DNA of 64,000 nt from Gemmatimonadaceae bacterium (lineage in GTDB: Bacteria; Gemmatimonadota; Gemmatimonadetes; Gemmatimonadales; Gemmatimonadaceae): positions 6,435-70,434 of the forward strand of contig DATLBG010000129.1 in the NCBI GenBank assembly GCA_035527035.1, in the 5' to 3' direction. The stretch's first letter is position 1. Each line of letters opens with the position of its first letter. Under the pieces are notes generated by a model. That model did no database searches, was not told the origin of the DNA, and saw nothing but the letters and a program-made list of their open reading frames with translations. The position numbers were made by a program, and so were the translations under genes. This document shows, piece by piece, positions 26,985 to 36,644 of the stretch.

Positions 26985-28175
26985 CTACCGGATGGAATCG
27001 AGCCGGAGGACGTAATCGCCCGTCGGCCGGCGTGGGGCAAGCGAGTTTGCCCGGATCACGTACTCACCGGAAAACGGAAGAGTGACGTCGAGTCTGGAAT
27101 GCGTGCCACCCGCGCCGTCATCCGCGGACTCGATCGCCGTGAACACCCCGTTGGTAACGGTCCCGATGGACAGGAAGGCGTCGAAATCGTCGGACCGAAG
27201 CGTGATGCGAATCGTCTCCCCTGCCCGCCCGACGTACGTCCACAAATCGTATGGGGTACCGTCGCGCATCTTGGGGTCCGACCCGTCCAGCTCCCCGCGA
27301 ACGACCGAGTTCGCCACAAGCACGCCGCTCCCCGCTCCGCTGCCGGCAAGCCATGGCAGACGCCCACTGGATCGGAGGCTGACAGTGTAAGTGCCGCTGC
27401 GGTCGGGATGCCTACGCTCGGCGCGCGCGATGTACTCGCCATCCGACGGCACGCGATACACGATCCGCGCATTGAGCCCCCCGCCGTCGTTGTCGCTCTG
27501 CGCGACGCGGGTGATCCCCTGCGCGCCCACCGAATACAGCGTCAGAAATGCGTCGAACTCGCTGGACCGCATGTCGAGGGTGAGCGTTTCCCCTTCGCGC
27601 GCGACGTAGCGCCAGTCGCCTTCGGCTGCGCCTAGTCTCGCCGTCGCCTCCGAGTTGAGCGTTCCGGTCATGGTGCGGCCGGAAACAAGCAGTCGCGGAC
27701 CCGGGACTGCCGGCTTGGCGTCGTCCACGGGCTTGGCGCCTGCCGGGAGTGGTGCCGGCCCGGCCACGGTCCGGTTCGACCGTACGCTGACGCGATACGC
27801 GCCGGTCTCGCCGCGCTCCGTTGTCGTGACCGTGATGAGATAGTCGTCGGTCTCGGGCAGCGTGAGCTCGACGCGCGAGTCGCTCCCGCTGCCTCCATCG
27901 TCGTCGCGGGCCAGCAGCGGGCTCGAGCCGCCGGGATACCGCTGCACCATCATGTAGGAGTCGAACTGAATCGAGCGCACGGTCACAACGATCTTCTCGC
28001 CGCGAACGCCGGAATACGTCCAGAGATCGAAATGCGCGCCATTGGACATCCTGCTGTCCGCCCTGGTCAGCGCGCCGCTCATGGCTTCGTTGGCGCCGAT
28101 GCGTGATTGCGCAGTCGCGGCCGGGGCGCAAACCAACAGGGCGAGGCCGGCTACGGTCGTAGACAGTCGGGTCAT
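26985..28175 (-). CDS. Secreted protein with three tandem pre-peptidase C-terminal (PPC)-like domains
   Basis: Start set to MTRLSTTVAGLALLVCAPAATAQS (signal peptide). There are three units of about 110 aa, each of the type G.L...D......DLWTY.G..GE.i.i.lrS.eFDafl......DDDGGg..dsR....lp..geY.i.v. The ORF extension to 28388 runs into repeat copy H. Confidence 0.65.
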   Translation of the reverse strand: MTRLSTTVAGLALLVCAPAATAQSRIGANEAMSGALTRADSRMSNGAHFDLWTYSGVRGEKIVVTVRSIQFDSYMMVQRYPGGSSPLLARDDDGGSGSDSRVELTLPETDDYLITVTTTERGETGAYRVSVRSNRTVAGPAPLPAGAKPVDDAKPAVPGPRLLVSGRTMTGTLNSEATARLGAAEGDWRYVAREGETLTLDMRSSEFDAFLTLYSVGAQGITRVAQSDNDGGGLNARIVYRVPSDGEYIARAERRHPDRSGTYTVSLRSSGRLPWLAGSGAGSGVLVANSVVRGELDGSDPKMRDGTPYDLWTYVGRAGETIRITLRSDDFDAFLSIGTVTNGVFTAIESADDGAGGTHSRLDVTLPFSGEYVIRANSLAPRRPTGDYVLRLDSIR

Positions 28176-28229
28176 GCCCGGGCACGTTGCGAACTTCACG
28201 CCACTGGCTCCGGCTCGGTGCCGGGCGAG

Positions 28230-28356
28230 GCTCCGTCGGTCTGCCGGCGGCCTCTCTGCTGGCGCTACGCTCGCCAGGGCGACGGTGGAGATCGCAGGTC
28301 GCGGTGGGTGCGAGCTAAGACGCGCCTGCAGAGAGGCCACCGCCAGCCCTCGGAGC
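28230..28356 (+). repeat. Nested-hairpin repeat, copy H (long-loop subtype)
   Basis: gctccgtcggtctgccggcggcctctctgctggcg-CTAC-GCTCGC-[35 nt]-GCGAGC-TAAGAC-gcgcctgcagagaggccaccgccagccctcggagc. The arms are imperfectly complementary. Confidence 0.7.
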
Positions 28357-28453
28357 CCCGCACTGCCGCGGTACCAGTGGCAGGGCACGATTCACGGGCA
28401 GACTTCGAGGGCCCGCATCGCACGGCCCGTGTCCGAGCCGCTAGTGATGCCCG

Positions 28454-28578
28454 GCGCGGGGTGGGGCCCGGGTCGTCCCAAGGCGGCGTCTTAGCTCGCA
28501 CCAGTCGCAAATCGCAAACTCGAACCGTCCGCCTGGCGAGCGTAGCCGCCGAGGACGACCCGGGCGCCACCCCGCGCG
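28454..28578 (-). repeat. Nested-hairpin repeat, copy G (long-loop subtype, inverted orientation)
   Basis: gcgcggggtggggcccgggtcgtcccaaggcggc-GTCTTA-GCTCGC-[36 nt with GTCGCAA ATCGCAA ACTCGAA]-GCGAGC-GTAG-ccgccgaggacgacccgggcgccaccccgcgc. Confidence 0.8.
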
Positions 28579-28594
28579 CGCACCAAAACGAAGA

Positions 28595-31141
28595 CTACTG
28601 GCGCGGGCCGACGATGCGGTCCAGCTCTTCCAGGCCCATGAGCACATCGCGCGGCCTTGATCCATCGGGCGGGCCGAGTACTCCCGCGGCGTGGAGCTGG
28701 TCGATGATCCGGGCCGCGCGGCCGTATCCCACCTTGAGCCGGCGCTGCAGGAGGGACGTGGATCCCTGCTGGTGCTGGATAACGGTTTCCGCGGCCTCGC
28801 GAAACAGCTTGTCGCGATCGCCCTCCGCTTCGTCCTCGCCCTCCGCCCCTCCCTGCTCCGCGACCTCGCGCTGGCGGACGAACTCCAGGATGTCTTCCTC
28901 CGTCGCGACCGACCCGGACATGAGCGCTTCCTTGCGAACGCGGTTTTTCTCGTCGAACCAGGAAGTCAACCGCTCGGTGTCCTCGTTGGAGATGAACGCA
29001 CCCTGAATTCGCGACGGCTCCGCCTTGCCTGGCGGAATGAACAGCATGTCGCCGTTGCCGAGCAACGATTCGGCGCCGATCCCATCGAGAATCGTCCGGC
29101 TGTCCACCTGCGACGCCACTCTGAACGCGATCCTGCTCGGGAAGTTCGCCTTGATCAGACCGGTGATCACGTTCACGCTCGGCCGCTGCGTCGCGAGAAT
29201 GAGGTGAATCCCGATGGCGCGCGCTTTCTGCGCGAGCATTGCCAGCGGCCGCTCCACCTCGCCCTGCACAGTCATCATGAGATCAGCGAGCTCGTCTATC
29301 ACCAGCACGATGTACGGCAGGATTCCGCCGGTGTACTCGAGGTTCTCGAACGCGACGTCTGCGCGCTTGGGCTTCGACAGCTTCGCCCCGTCCTGCACCT
29401 TCCGATTGAAGTCCTGGATGTTGCGCGCGCCGTTGGCCGCGAGCAGCTGATAACGGTCCTCCATCTCCAGCACCGCCCACTTCAGCACGGCCGCCGCGTC
29501 GCGGTTTTCGGTCACGACCTTGTGCCGCAGGTGCGGGAGCACGTTGTACACGCTGAGCTCGACCATCTTCGGATCCACGAGCAGGAAGCGCAGCGTCTGC
29601 GGCGTGTGCCGGTAGATGAGGCTCGTGATCAGAGTGTTGACGCATACCGACTTCCCGGATCCCGTCGCGCCCGCGATGAGCAGGTGCGGCATCTTCGCCA
29701 GGTCGGCGATGACTGGATGGCCTTCGAGATCCTTTCCGAGAATCATCGGCAGAGCAGCCCGCGCGGTCTGGAAATCCTTGTGATCCAGCAGCTCGCGGAA
29801 GCCCACCATCTCGGCGGTCGGGTTGGGAACTTCGACGCCGACGGCGCCACGACCCGGGATTGGCGCTACGATGCGGATGCTCGCTGCGCGCATCGCCAGC
29901 GCAAGATCGTTGGCCAGGTTCGCGATCTGCCGGACCTTCACTCCCGCGGCGGGCGCCACCTCGAACTGCGTGACCACCGGCCCGGTCGTCCGGCCTATCA
30001 ATTCGCCCTCGACCTTGAAGGTGCGAAGCGCCTCCATGAGCTGAACGCCCATCGCGTCGAGCTCGCGCTTCCCGATGTCCGCATTTCGCGCCGGTAGCGC
30101 AGCGATCAGCTCCGGCGGCGGAAGCTCGTCGTCCGCTTCGCTTCGAAAAAGGAATGGAGCTGTCGTGGCCGCCGCCGCTCCGCCGCCGCGCGCAGGCGCA
30201 GGCGGCTGCTTGGGCTTCCGCTCCCTCGGCGGCCGGTCCGGAATCGGTGCGGACTGCGGCTCGATTTCCGGCGAGTCGTTCAGCAGTCCGAGATCGAGCG
30301 CCGGCATCTCTTCAGGAGCCGGCTCCAGCGCGCGCGCGACCGACGTGGCGGAAACTTCGGCCGCAGCAGCCTTGGATCCTCTACGCATGTGCGGTACCGC
30401 AGCGACCGTCTCGGAGTCGTCGGGCGCGAGAGGTCTGGCCCGTCTTCCCACGAGCAGTCGAACCGGATTCCAGGATAGCGTTCCCGCCATGAGAGCGCTC
30501 AGCGCCAGCAGCCAGATGATCCACGCGCCGGCGTTGCCCGCGGCTCGCAGCAGGTAGTACGCGGCGAACCCGCCCCACATGCCCGACAGCGCGCTCTGCT
30601 CCGCGGCGCCGCCGAGCGTGAAGCCGAACGCCACGGGTAGCAGCACGACCATCCCGAACAGGAAGACCAGCCACGAGCGATCGGTGCCGCGGTCGAGCCG
30701 GCCGAACAGCGTCATCGCGTGGGCGGCGAGCGCCACGGGAATCAGCACCGCCGCCGGCCAGCCGAACAGCGTCGTGACCGGGCGGGCCAGCGCTTCGCCG
30801 AGCGAGCCGAAGCTGCCTCGCAGATCGGCTTGGCCGTCGGGGCTCGCGTTCAGTAGACCGAATCCGTGAACCGCGAGCGCGCCGCCGATGAAGATCGCAA
30901 ACAGCAGGAGCGCTATCGCCGCGACCTCCCTCCGTACCTCGTCAGACCGGGAGAAGACCTCCTCCCCGTCGCTGCTAGCCGCCCCCGGCTCCGAGCGGGA
31001 CGATCTGCCGGTCGCTGTAGACGGGGACAACAGAGAACGAATCCACCGCGGCACAGAACGCGACGTCGTCGCCGAATCCTGCGGCGAGGAGCGCTTGCCC
31101 GTGGTTCGAGTCTTGGAGGAGCTTCGCGATGTTCTCGCCAT
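28595..31141 (-). CDS. ftsK: DNA translocase FtsK
   Basis: N-terminal TM helices, a Pro/Ala-rich linker, the motor domain HLLIAGATGSGKSV...VIDELADLMM, and a C-terminal gamma domain (SLLQRRLKVGYGRAARIIDQL). The start is uncertain. The ATG at 31141 overlaps the comB 3' end by 167 nt, and GTG 31054 or TTG 31030 are alternatives. Confidence 0.9.
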   Translation of the reverse strand: MARTSRSSSKTRTTGKRSSPQDSATTSRSVPRWIRSLLSPSTATGRSSRSEPGAASSDGEEVFSRSDEVRREVAAIALLLFAIFIGGALAVHGFGLLNASPDGQADLRGSFGSLGEALARPVTTLFGWPAAVLIPVALAAHAMTLFGRLDRGTDRSWLVFLFGMVVLLPVAFGFTLGGAAEQSALSGMWGGFAAYYLLRAAGNAGAWIIWLLALSALMAGTLSWNPVRLLVGRRARPLAPDDSETVAAVPHMRRGSKAAAAEVSATSVARALEPAPEEMPALDLGLLNDSPEIEPQSAPIPDRPPRERKPKQPPAPARGGGAAAATTAPFLFRSEADDELPPPELIAALPARNADIGKRELDAMGVQLMEALRTFKVEGELIGRTTGPVVTQFEVAPAAGVKVRQIANLANDLALAMRAASIRIVAPIPGRGAVGVEVPNPTAEMVGFRELLDHKDFQTARAALPMILGKDLEGHPVIADLAKMPHLLIAGATGSGKSVCVNTLITSLIYRHTPQTLRFLLVDPKMVELSVYNVLPHLRHKVVTENRDAAAVLKWAVLEMEDRYQLLAANGARNIQDFNRKVQDGAKLSKPKRADVAFENLEYTGGILPYIVLVIDELADLMMTVQGEVERPLAMLAQKARAIGIHLILATQRPSVNVITGLIKANFPSRIAFRVASQVDSRTILDGIGAESLLGNGDMLFIPPGKAEPSRIQGAFISNEDTERLTSWFDEKNRVRKEALMSGSVATEEDILEFVRQREVAEQGGAEGEDEAEGDRDKLFREAAETVIQHQQGSTSLLQRRLKVGYGRAARIIDQLHAAGVLGPPDGSRPRDVLMGLEELDRIVGPRQ

Positions 31142-31718
31142 ACTTCCTGTCTATGAGAGCGCACGCGGTAGCGCCGTCGTTGGTCGCGACCTCGTTGAGA
31201 CCCTTCTGAATAGCGCGAACATAACGTCCCGCGCAACCCGCATCTTCAAGCGTGAAGCGCCGCTCGTGCCCGGAGCAGAGAATAACCACGTCCGTCTCGC
31301 TGCGGATGGCCGCGCGCAACATGGCCGCGACCGCCGAGAAGTTTACGTATGACGCGACTACGATGTCGCGCGCGCCCTGCGCCGCGAGCACCGCGCCGCT
31401 CCCGTTCGTCGTCGTGAGCAACACCGTCTTGCCCTGCACGCGCTCGGCCGTGAACTCTCCCGGCGAATTGCCGAGGTCGAACCCGGGGATCGGCAGCATC
31501 TTCTGCTCCCCCGCGAGCAGCACGTCCTCGCGGCCCAGCTGCTTGGACTGCGCTACCGCCTCGTCCGACGTGAGAAAGGGGACGATGGCGCGCGCGCCGT
31601 TGGCGAGCGCCGCGGCGATTGTCGTGGACGCGCGGAGAACGTCCACCACCGCGACCACACGACCGGTGATGTCGGCCGGCGTGAGCTGCTGATAACCGAA
31701 GAACACATCGACTCTCAC
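30975..31718 (-). CDS. comB: 2-phosphosulfolactate phosphatase family protein (ComB-like)
   Basis: [28 protein letters not shown]...LLAGEQ...[10 protein letters not shown]...LLTTTNGS. Start set to the GTG at 31718, giving a GTGA overlap with the accC stop. Confidence 0.75.
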   Translation of the reverse strand: MRVDVFFGYQQLTPADITGRVVAVVDVLRASTTIAAALANGARAIVPFLTSDEAVAQSKQLGREDVLLAGEQKMLPIPGFDLGNSPGEFTAERVQGKTVLLTTTNGSGAVLAAQGARDIVVASYVNFSAVAAMLRAAIRSETDVVILCSGHERRFTLEDAGCAGRYVRAIQKGLNEVATNDGATACALIDRKYGENIAKLLQDSNHGQALLAAGFGDDVAFCAAVDSFSVVPVYSDRQIVPLGAGGG

Positions 31719-33073
31719 GCCACGACGTCCTTCATCAGGTTCGGCTCGCGCTCGAGGAACTTGGTGTCGACGTTCCCCGACTGGAACAGCGGATTCTCCA
31801 TGACGCGCGCGAGGAACGGGATGGTCGTCGTGACGCCTTCGATGATGAAGCTCTCCAGCGCCATGTGCATCCTGCGAATGGCTTCCTGCCGGTCCCTGCC
31901 CTGGCAGATGACTTTCGCCAGCAGCGAGTCGTAGTACGGCGGCACCGTGTACCCCGCGTACACGTGGGTGTCGAGCCGCACGCCGGGCCCGCCAGGCGGG
32001 TGGAACGTGTCGATACGCCCCGGAGACGGCTGGAAGTTCTTCGCCGGATCCTCGGCGTTCACCCGGCACTCGATCACGTGTCCGCGCAGCGTCGGCATGG
32101 ATTTGAAAGACAGCTTCTCCCCGGCCGCGACGCGGATCTGCTCCTTCACGAGGTCGATGCCGGTCAGCATCTCGGTAACCGGATGCTCCACCTGGATGCG
32201 CGTATTCATCTCCATGAAGTAGAACGAGCGATCCTCGTTGAGCAGCATCTCGATGGTGCCGACGCCTACGTAGTCGATCGCCTTGGCGCCGCGCACCGCG
32301 GCGTCGCCCATCTGCGCGCGGAGCTCCGCGTTCAGCGCGGGACTCGGCGCCTCCTCGATCAGCTTCTGGTGCCGGCGCTGCACGGAGCAGTCGCGCTCGC
32401 CGAGGTGCACGACGTTGCCGTGACGGTCGCCCACGATCTGAAACTCGATGTGCCGCGGCCGCTCGAGGTACTTCTCGACGTATACGTCGGAATTGCTGAA
32501 CGCGGACAGCGCCTCGGACCGCGCGAGCTGGAACGAGCGCGCGAAATCGTCCGCGTCCTTGGCGACGCGCATCCCCTTGCCCCCGCCTCCGGCGGACGCC
32601 TTGATGATCACGGGGAAGCCGATGGTCCGCGCGAACTCGAGCGCCTCGTCCACGTCCTCCACGGGGCCGGGCGTGCCCGGGATGATCGGAACGCCGACTT
32701 TCTGCATCGCATCCCGGGCCGACGCCTTGTCGCCCATCACGCGGATCTGGGACGGCGTCGGGCCAATGAACTCAATGTTCGATGCCGCGCAGGTCTCGGC
32801 GAACTCCGCGTTCTCCGCGAGGAAGCCGTAGCCGGGATGGATCGCGTCGGCGCCGGTGATCTCCGCGGCCGCGATCAACCGGGGGATCTTGAGGTACGAG
32901 TCACGCCCGGGGGGCGGGCCGATGCACACGTCGTCGTCGGCGAACCTGACGTGCAGCGACTCCCTGTCGGCCTCGCTGTACACCGCCACAGTCTGTATCC
33001 CCAGCTCCCTGCACGCGCGTATTACCCGCAGAGCGATCTCGCCCCTGTTTGCTATCAGCACCTTCTTAAACAT
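31715..33073 (-). CDS. accC: Acetyl-CoA carboxylase, biotin carboxylase subunit
   Basis: [26 protein letters not shown]...ATP-grasp...[14 protein letters not shown]. Confidence 0.95.
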   Translation of the reverse strand: MFKKVLIANRGEIALRVIRACRELGIQTVAVYSEADRESLHVRFADDDVCIGPPPGRDSYLKIPRLIAAAEITGADAIHPGYGFLAENAEFAETCAASNIEFIGPTPSQIRVMGDKASARDAMQKVGVPIIPGTPGPVEDVDEALEFARTIGFPVIIKASAGGGGKGMRVAKDADDFARSFQLARSEALSAFSNSDVYVEKYLERPRHIEFQIVGDRHGNVVHLGERDCSVQRRHQKLIEEAPSPALNAELRAQMGDAAVRGAKAIDYVGVGTIEMLLNEDRSFYFMEMNTRIQVEHPVTEMLTGIDLVKEQIRVAAGEKLSFKSMPTLRGHVIECRVNAEDPAKNFQPSPGRIDTFHPPGGPGVRLDTHVYAGYTVPPYYDSLLAKVICQGRDRQEAIRRMHMALESFIIEGVTTTIPFLARVMENPLFQSGNVDTKFLEREPNLMKDVVA

Positions 33074-33091
33074 TGCAGGTCCGGGTGTGGA

Positions 33092-33197
33092 CGTGCGCGG
33101 TGTGATCGGACGTGAGTCCGGCCCGGGCGCTACGCGAGCAAACTACGCTCGCTAAGACGCGCCCTTGACCGGACCCACGTCCGATCTTCCGCGCACG
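33092..33197 (+). repeat. Nested-hairpin repeat, copy C
   Basis: cgtgcgcggtgtgatcggacgtgagtccggcccgggcg-CTAC-GCGAGC-aaactac-GCTCGC-TAAGAC-gcgcccttgaccggacccacgtccgatcttccgcgcacg. It starts 19 nt upstream of the accC start codon. Confidence 0.85.
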
Positions 33198-33328
33198 TCC
33201 GGCGGCGCTGTTTGGGGGCGCAACGAGCACGGGGCGAGATCGCAGCGGGTTCGCGCGAACCAGGGACGGTAGGTGACTACGGCGGACCAGCAGGATGCGC
33301 GCGAGCCGCAGCCGCACGGAGGGGGAGG

Positions 33329-33433
33329 GGTCAGGGGCGGGCGCGGACGGGTGTCCCATGCAGGCCCGTCTTAGCGAGCGCAGTTTGCTCGCGTAGGGCC
33401 AGCATGGGATACCCGTCCCGCCCGCCCCTGACC
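33329..33433 (-). repeat. Nested-hairpin repeat, copy D (inverted orientation)
   Basis: ggtcaggggcgggcgcggacgggtgtcccatgcaggccc-GTCTTA-GCGAGC-gcagttt-GCTCGC-GTAG-ggccagcatgggatacccgtcccgcccgcccctgacc. Confidence 0.85.
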
Positions 33434-33444
33434 ACACGCACCGA

Positions 33445-34600
<1,156 letters not shown>

Positions 34601-34608
<8 letters not shown>

Positions 34609-35077
34609 TGGGCGCGATCCGGAACAGTATCTGTCCGTACTCGACCGGGTGCGCGTCCTGCGCGACCATCTCGCGCACAGTGCCGTCGAACTCGGACTCG
34701 ATTTCATTCATGATCTTCATCGCTTCGATGATGCAGATGATCTGTCCCTTCCTCACATTGTCACCGACCGCGAGATACGGCTTCCCGCCGGGCTCGGGCG
34801 AAGCGTAAAACGTTCCCACCATCGGCGACTTCGCTTCGAGGAGCGCTTCCTTGGGGGCTTCCTGCTTAGGCGCCGGCGCGGCCGCTGCGGCGGGCGCGGC
34901 GACAGGTGCCTGCGCGAGCGGAGCTGCTGCAATCAACGGGGCGGATGCCACGGGCGCGTGCTGCGGCGCCTTCGATATCCGGATCTTCATACCCTTGTCG
35001 GAGGATATTTCGATCGAATCCACCGTGGACCCGTCGAGCATGTCCACCAATTTTTTCACGTAACGTAAATCGAACAT
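34601..35077 (-). CDS. accB: Acetyl-CoA carboxylase biotin carboxyl carrier protein
   Basis: Ala/Pro-rich linker and the biotinyl motif CIIEAMKIMNEIE. Confidence 0.95.
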
Positions 35078-35109
35078 GATGGCTGTTTAGGGACCGGCCG
35101 CCTGGTGCC

Positions 35110-36201
35110 TCAGGCGACCTCGATTAGCTCTCTCGTGAAGTCCGTGAGAATCTCCGGACCGCCGGCACCGAGGTGAACGTCGTCCTCGATCCGGATCCCG
35201 CCCCACCCAGGGCGATAGATCCCCGGCTCGATCGTCACAACCGCGCCGACAGACAACGTCCCTTCGGCTGTCCTGGCAAGACGAGGCGCCTCATGCACTT
35301 CCAGGCCAAGGCCATGCCCCAATCCATGCCCGAACGCTTCCCCATAACCTTCGCGCTCAATGTAGCCGCGCGCCAGCGCATCGGCATCCTGCCCCGTCAT
35401 TCCAGCGCGCACTGACCCCGCCGCCAGCGCATTCGCCTGCCGTACAATGTCGTAAACCGCACTCTGCTCTCCGTTCGCGCTTCCTACCACGAGCGTACGG
35501 GTGATATCCGAGCAGTACCCGCGATACTCGGCGCCGAAGTCGAGCAGCAGGAAATCGCCGGCCTCGACGACCCGGGAAGATGATCGGGCATGAGGCAGCG
35601 CTGCGCGGGGGCCGGACGCGACGATGGACGGGAACGGAAACCCTTCGCTGCCCGCGTCACGCAACGCTTTCTCGAGCACGCCCGCCACCTGCAGCTCCGT
35701 CATCCCCGGCGCCAGCCGCGGCAACGTCGCCTGGAGCGCCTCGACCGCGATCGCGGCCGCGCGGCGAATCAGCTTCACCTCGCCCGCGTCCTTCGATTCG
35801 CGGAGTCGCTCGACGGCGTTCACGCTCGGCCGCCATTGCCGGTTTCGCCCGCCGCCGCTCTCCAGCAGACGCTGGAAATCGCGGTGAAAGATGTGCGCGG
35901 ATTCGAATCCCACCGTGGTGACCTTCGCGACTTCACCAAGAGTCGCCCACAGTCCGTTCCAGAGACTCACGGGCTCGATGCGAACTTTTGCGAGATCGCC
36001 CACCTCGTCGGCCACCTGCGTGGCATACCGGAAGTCGGTGATGAAGAACAGCTCGCGCTGGGTCACGAGCAGCAGCGCGCTGCTCCCGGAGAATCCCGTC
36101 AGATAACGCACGTTCGGCAGGCTCGTGATCAGCAGCGCGTCGAGGTCGCCGGCGATGTCCTCCCGGAGCGCGGCGATGCGCCGCTCGCGCGCGTCAGTCA
36201 C
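35110..36201 (-). CDS. pepP: Xaa-Pro aminopeptidase/dipeptidase (M24B family)
   Basis: Creatinase-like N-domain, then DFGAEYRGYCSDITRT, HGLGHGLGLEVHE and VVTIEPGIY. Confidence 0.85.
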   Translation of the reverse strand: MTDARERRIAALREDIAGDLDALLITSLPNVRYLTGFSGSSALLLVTQRELFFITDFRYATQVADEVGDLAKVRIEPVSLWNGLWATLGEVAKVTTVGFESAHIFHRDFQRLLESGGGRNRQWRPSVNAVERLRESKDAGEVKLIRRAAAIAVEALQATLPRLAPGMTELQVAGVLEKALRDAGSEGFPFPSIVASGPRAALPHARSSSRVVEAGDFLLLDFGAEYRGYCSDITRTLVVGSANGEQSAVYDIVRQANALAAGSVRAGMTGQDADALARGYIEREGYGEAFGHGLGHGLGLEVHEAPRLARTAEGTLSVGAVVTIEPGIYRPGWGGIRIEDDVHLGAGGPEILTDFTRELIEVA

Positions 36202-36644
36202 GCTCGCGCGGCGTCGCGCAGCGTATTGACGAGCCCCCTGAGCGCGAGCTCGTAGCCGTATGCGCCGAAGCCGCAGACGACCGCAACGGCGTCCTCGGCC
36301 AGCATCGAGCGCCGCCGATGTTCCTCGCGGGCGTAGATGTTGGTGAGGTGCATCTCGACATACGGAAGGCTCACGCCGACCAGCGCGTCACGAATGGCGA
36401 GGCTGGTGTGGGTGTACGCCCCGGCATTGATGACGATGCCGTCGGCGCTTTCGGTCAGCGCGTGAATCGCGCTTATGAGGTCGCCTTCCCCGTTGTGCTG
36501 GGAGCAGTCGACCTCGACGTCCAGCTCCCGGGCCACGGCAGCGAGCGTCTCCTCGATCTCGCCGAGCGTAGTGTGTCCGTAAATGTGCGGCTCGCGCCGG
36601 CCGAGGAGGTTCAGGTTGGGGCCGTTGATGATCGCGATCTTCAT
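36198..36644 (-). CDS. aroQ: Type II 3-dehydroquinate dehydratase
   Basis: MKIAIINGPNLNLLGRREPHIYG...QHNGEG..I..IH......IVINAGAYTHTS.A..DA. Start at the internal Met, giving an ATGA overlap with the upstream stop. Confidence 0.9.
   Translation of the reverse strand: MKIAIINGPNLNLLGRREPHIYGHTTLGEIEETLAAVARELDVEVDCSQHNGEGDLISAIHALTESADGIVINAGAYTHTSLAIRDALVGVSLPYVEMHLTNIYAREEHRRRSMLAEDAVAVVCGFGAYGYELALRGLVNTLRDAARA

Noticed and set aside
33130-33160. Kink-turn interpretation of the conserved UAC / UAAGAC internal loop.
   Set aside because: A K-turn needs tandem sheared G.A/A.G pairs, with 5'-GA on both strands next to a 3-nt bulge. Only the UAAGAC strand has GA, and the opposite strand offers UAC, so the consensus is not met. 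I leave the loop unassigned.
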